A DNA stretch of 54,086 nucleotides from Prochlorococcus sp. AG-670-O13. GTDB lineage: Bacteria > Cyanobacteriota > Cyanobacteriia > PCC-6307 > Cyanobiaceae. Positions 50,624 to 54,086 of the stretch are shown piece by piece. The stretch is taken from positions 1 to 54,086 of the forward strand of contig QCTB01000001.1 in the NCBI GenBank assembly GCA_003209055.1. Direction: 5' to 3'. Both the position numbers and the translations under genes were made by a program. Every line of letters starts with the position of its first letter. Within the stretch, counting starts at the first letter, position 1. The notes beneath the pieces are model-generated. The model worked only from the letters and a program-made list of their open reading frames with translations. It was not told where the DNA came from and ran no database searches.

Positions 50624-51707
50624 TTAATTTTAGTTTATCCATTCCATTTAAAACTTCAATCGAAATGATTGTGTCATCTTTTGTCAGCTCTTCCAGAACT
50701 TCAAATCCTTCTATAACATAACCAAATGCAGCATTTCTTCCGTCAATTAAATTACGGCCAGCTGGATTAAGCTCTGCTTCATATAAAAAGAAGAAGAATT
50801 GGGATGATCCGTCATCAACAGCTGTACTTGAATGAGACCATCCTAATGTTCCAAGTGTTGCGAAAGGCAAAGTTGGAGTTTCTGTATAAAGACCTAATTC
50901 TTCAAATGTTTCATTATAGAAAGTTTCACTTTCGTTGGGTATTCTTATCTCTAGAGGTACATGTCTTTCGACATTAGTTTCAGGATCTATATACCCAATC
51001 TCATCTCCAATTGGATCTCCAGTTTGTAGAACAAAAAACTCTTCTGCTCTATTAATTGGTAAATTATTGTAAAAGTTTTTTGAAGATAAATCTATAAATG
51101 CGCCAGCAGTAAGAGGTGCATTAAATCCATCTATAATAGCCTCCATATCGCCTTTGGAAGTCTTTATATTAACTTTGGCTCTCCCAAGTAATCTGGGGAG
51201 AGCATCAAATTCGCTTGGAATAGAATAGGGAAATTCATTGGGTAAAAAATATTCTTCTATCCCGCCAATTTTATTTAATGCTTCTTTTCTTGTCGAGATA
51301 AATGAGTATTTATCTTTTAACTTGGCTTCATCTTGAAGATTATCAAAGTCTTCTTTAAGGTTTAAAAGCACTTTTTCTGCTATTTTTTGTTTTTCAATAG
51401 GTAATTCCTTTACAATTTGACTTTTATATTTTTTTAGTAAAGATTGACATTTTGTAACAGTTTTTGAAAGAGCTGGCCATCTGCCTCCTCTTACAAGGTC
51501 GCTTGTGTCTTCTAACTTATGTTGAATTTCTTGTAGCTCAACTTGCTTGATAGGGAGTGCATTTCTGAGGATTGCATTAGGGTCTTTTACAGCGTTTCCA
51601 GTAGGCAAATCAGCTAATACTTGCGTTGGTTTTAAGAAGAAAACTTGCATAACAATTAATACTAGAAGTAAAAAATGTTTGTTCTGATTTGATAAGAAGT
51701 TTCGCAT
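50616..51707 (-). CDS. Cyclophilin-type peptidyl-prolyl isomerase (CYP38/TLP40-like) with a signal peptide
   Basis: Signal ending in [22 protein letters not shown] helical region, [26 protein letters not shown]. Confidence 0.88.
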   Translation of the reverse strand: MRNFLSNQNKHFLLLVLIVMQVFFLKPTQVLADLPTGNAVKDPNAILRNALPIKQVELQEIQHKLEDTSDLVRGGRWPALSKTVTKCQSLLKKYKSQIVKELPIEKQKIAEKVLLNLKEDFDNLQDEAKLKDKYSFISTRKEALNKIGGIEEYFLPNEFPYSIPSEFDALPRLLGRAKVNIKTSKGDMEAIIDGFNAPLTAGAFIDLSSKNFYNNLPINRAEEFFVLQTGDPIGDEIGYIDPETNVERHVPLEIRIPNESETFYNETFEELGLYTETPTLPFATLGTLGWSHSSTAVDDGSSQFFFFLYEAELNPAGRNLIDGRNAAFGYVIEGFEVLEELTKDDTIISIEVLNGMDKLKLNA

Positions 51708-51750
51708 AGCACTCTTACAGGTTTATGATCCTTGGATATGTAATACAGGA

Positions 51751-52311
51751 ATGATTTCCAGTAACGATTTTCGCACAGGTACTACCATCGAGATAGATGG
51801 ACAAGTTTGGCGCGTTGTAGAATTTCTACATGTCAAGCCTGGTAAAGGTTCTGCCTTTGTACGAACAAAACTAAAATCAGTTCGAAACGGCAATGTAGTC
51901 GAAAAAACTTTTCGAGCTGGTGAATCTGTACAACAGGCTATCCTTGAAAAGTCTAACCTGCAGCATACTTATGTGGAGTCAGGTGATTATGTTTTTATGG
52001 ATATGACAAGTTTTGAGGAAACTAGACTATCCTCTGATCAAATAGGCAGAGGTTCAAAGTATCTAAAAGAAGGTATGGAGGTTAATGTGATTTTTTACAA
52101 AGATAAAGTTTTGGAAGTAGAACTTCCTATTTCAATAACTTTGAAGGTTACTGAAACGGATCCAGGAGTTAAAGGAGATACTGCAAGTGGGGGCACTAAA
52201 CCAGCTATCCTAGAGACAGGTGCTCAAGTTATGGTTCCTTTGTTTATTTCTGTTGGTGAAATGATTAAGGTTGATACCCGTAACGATAATTATCTTGGAC
52301 GTGAAAACTAA
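51751..52311 (+). CDS. efp: Elongation factor P
   Basis: [32 protein letters not shown]. Confidence 0.97.
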   Translation: MISSNDFRTGTTIEIDGQVWRVVEFLHVKPGKGSAFVRTKLKSVRNGNVVEKTFRAGESVQQAILEKSNLQHTYVESGDYVFMDMTSFEETRLSSDQIGRGSKYLKEGMEVNVIFYKDKVLEVELPISITLKVTETDPGVKGDTASGGTKPAILETGAQVMVPLFISVGEMIKVDTRNDNYLGREN

Positions 52312-52817
52312 TGGCTATGAAATTAGATCATGATGACCTAGATCGTTTGATAGAAAAAATTTCTACAAGTGATATACAAGAGTTCTCTCTGGAAGGAGAA
52401 GATTTTAAACTTGAAATAAAAAGAAATCTGTTTGAGAAGAATCCTTCAAGCAACTACTCAAACATAAATAATTTACCGGAAAAGCAAATAACTGCTTCTC
52501 AAGTAACTTCAGGAGATAGTATTTCTCTTAAAAGTAATGCTGAAGTGTCTCAGGTAGCGCCCCCAGGACGCTCAGATCTAATTGATATCACTTCTCCTAT
52601 GGTTGGGACATTTTATAGGGCAGCAGCTCCTGGAGAGGATCCTTTCGTAGAGTTAGGTAGTAAAATAAATATTGGGCAAACGATTTGTATACTTGAAGCT
52701 ATGAAACTAATGAACGAAATTGAATCAGAGTTTAATGCTGAAATTGTGGAGATACTTGTTGAAAATGGAACGCCAGTAGAGTTTGGACAAGTATTAATGC
52801 GAGTTAAACAATCTTGA
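52311..52817 (+). CDS. accB: Acetyl-CoA carboxylase biotin carboxyl carrier protein
   Basis: SPMVGTFYR and the biotinylation motif EAMKLMN. Confidence 0.96.
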   Translation: MAMKLDHDDLDRLIEKISTSDIQEFSLEGEDFKLEIKRNLFEKNPSSNYSNINNLPEKQITASQVTSGDSISLKSNAEVSQVAPPGRSDLIDITSPMVGTFYRAAAPGEDPFVELGSKINIGQTICILEAMKLMNEIESEFNAEIVEILVENGTPVEFGQVLMRVKQS

Positions 52818-53834
52818 CTTTTTAGTTAAATCAATAGCCGTTTTTATTGCTTCAACCATACTTTGAGATTGTGCTAAACCTTTACCAACAATATCAAATC
52901 CTGTTCCATGATCTGGAGATGTTCTTATAAAAGGTAAGCCTAAGGTTGTATTAACTGAGTAATTAAGAGCTATAACTTTTATCGGAATTAATCCTTGATC
53001 ATGATACATTGCAAGAATTCCATTATGTGTTGGAGCTTTTTTTTCTCTCCAAGCTTTAGCTGAAGAATTCCAGCAAGTATCAGGAGAAATCGGACCTAAT
53101 AATTGAACTTCTTTATTTTTTTCTCTCCAGCTAAAAACTGCATTTTTGAGCCAATCCTTTTCTTCATTTCCTAATATCCCTTCTTCACCAGCATGAGGAT
53201 TTAAACCAGCAACTTTTAGAAGGGGATTTTTAACGTAGTTTTTGCAAAATTTCGACAATAAATCTAATTTTGAATGAATAAGGCTTGTTGATAATTGTTT
53301 TGGTACTTCACATAGGGGTATATGAGTAGTTGCCAATAATGTATTCAATCTCCAACCTGTTATTGGAGATTTAGCAGTGAATAACATCCCAACATTTTTT
53401 GCATTACAAGATTCTGCCAATAATTCTGTTTGACCAGAATAATTATGACCTGCCAATGCCCATGATTTTTTACAAATAGGTCCAGTAACTAAAGCTGCTT
53501 TCGGATATTGTTGGACAATTTCAATAGCTTTTTTTAAGTACAAAAAACTTGCATTACCGTGACTCTGTTTTTTTTTATTTATTTCAAAAGGAACTACAAT
53601 GTCAAAAATCTGATAATTGCTTGGATCTGCAATATTATTAATTCCTAATGTTTTAAGATTCTTGTATGTATTTTGTAAATTTACTTTTGATCCAACAATT
53701 AAAATATCGATATCATTTGGAATGTCTTTTGAAAAAAGAGCTTTCAAAATAATTTCAGGCCCAATACCAGATTCATCTCCAACGCTAATAATTATTTTTA
53801 ATTTATCTTTACTTGCATCACTTTGATTATTCAT
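52794..53834 (-). CDS. pdxA: 4-hydroxythreonine-4-phosphate dehydrogenase
   Basis: GIGPEI, TTHIPL, GLNPHAGE, AMYHDQGLIP, IRTSPDHGT. Confidence 0.95.
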   Translation of the reverse strand: MNNQSDASKDKLKIIISVGDESGIGPEIILKALFSKDIPNDIDILIVGSKVNLQNTYKNLKTLGINNIADPSNYQIFDIVVPFEINKKKQSHGNASFLYLKKAIEIVQQYPKAALVTGPICKKSWALAGHNYSGQTELLAESCNAKNVGMLFTAKSPITGWRLNTLLATTHIPLCEVPKQLSTSLIHSKLDLLSKFCKNYVKNPLLKVAGLNPHAGEEGILGNEEKDWLKNAVFSWREKNKEVQLLGPISPDTCWNSSAKAWREKKAPTHNGILAMYHDQGLIPIKVIALNYSVNTTLGLPFIRTSPDHGTGFDIVGKGLAQSQSMVEAIKTAIDLTKKSRLFNSH

Positions 53835-53936
53835 AATAAATTTTTAAATTTTCTAAAAGTTAAATTTTTGTTTCTTTTAAAAAAATTGTTTAAGGTAAAT
53901 GTATTTTATTCAAAACAAATATTTATTTTTCTGATT

Positions 53937-54086
53937 TTATTTAATTTTAACAAGACAGTTATTTAAGCCTGCTTGATAGTTTTTATAAATAAGTTTATAC
54001 CCTAACTTTTCACATAATAATTTATTTGAAACTCTCCTATTTTCAATCCAAAATGATTGTGCTATTGGAGATAAATCCTTTTTAGC
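53937..54086 (-). CDS. NAD-dependent epimerase/dehydratase (atypical SDR), C-terminal fragment; gene continues past the window edge
   Basis: Manual translation of the minus strand gives AKKDLSPIAQSFWIENRRVSNKLLCEKLGYKLIYKNYQAGLNNCLVKIK*, matching the SDR-type C-terminal pattern ENRRVSN..LGY.L.Y..Y..GL. It is absent from the ORF track because it has no start in the window. Confidence 0.75.
   Translation of the reverse strand, partial: AKKDLSPIAQSFWIENRRVSNKLLCEKLGYKLIYKNYQAGLNNCLVKIK

Noticed and set aside
2217-53826. Many short ORF-track entries antisense to or nested in long genes (e.g. 2217-2516, 3675-4082, 28013-28372, 36512-36964, 50163-50627)
   Set aside because: They are shadow frames of well-conserved genes with no recognisable motifs, as expected from codon bias.
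1-54086. Novel defence, mobile or biosynthetic multi-gene system
   Set aside because: Nearly every base is accounted for by recognisable housekeeping genes with tiny spacers; I found no integrase, transposase, nuclease, reverse transcriptase, toxin-antitoxin pair, tRNA or array.

Overview
Very AT-rich, densely packed cyanobacterial core-genome segment. Gene content, gene order and composition fit a high-light Prochlorococcus marinus chromosome (my recognition, not a database result). The window spans the replication origin in the thrC-dnaN spacer, where I read cyanobacterial-type DnaA boxes (TTTTCCACA), DnaA-trio-like (CTA)4 repeats and an AT-only tract. It holds about 50 housekeeping CDSs, including aroG, acnB, clc, purU, dnaK, aroE, rpsF, argG, mraY, sps, uvrA, recN, thrC, dnaN, purL, purF, gyrA/parC, queG, nusB, ftsY, argH, dusA, msrB, grpE, dnaJ, rsgA, murB, murC, gap2, thiL, efp, accB and pdxA. 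Both edges carry partial genes: a group-2 sigma factor on the left and an SDR epimerase on the right that the ORF track missed. I see no tRNA, rRNA, CRISPR array, IS element, integrase or prophage, and no convincing new multi-gene system. The best second-look items are small: the oriC unwinding module, K-box/GTNCGG-like elements before dnaK and grpE, a candidate S6:S18 leader RNA before rpsF, a Tat-type 1-Cys MsrB, a perfect 15-bp tandem repeat in ftsY, a single-domain SPS overlapping an unknown gene, and a GyrA/ParC paralog with a degenerate C-terminal domain.
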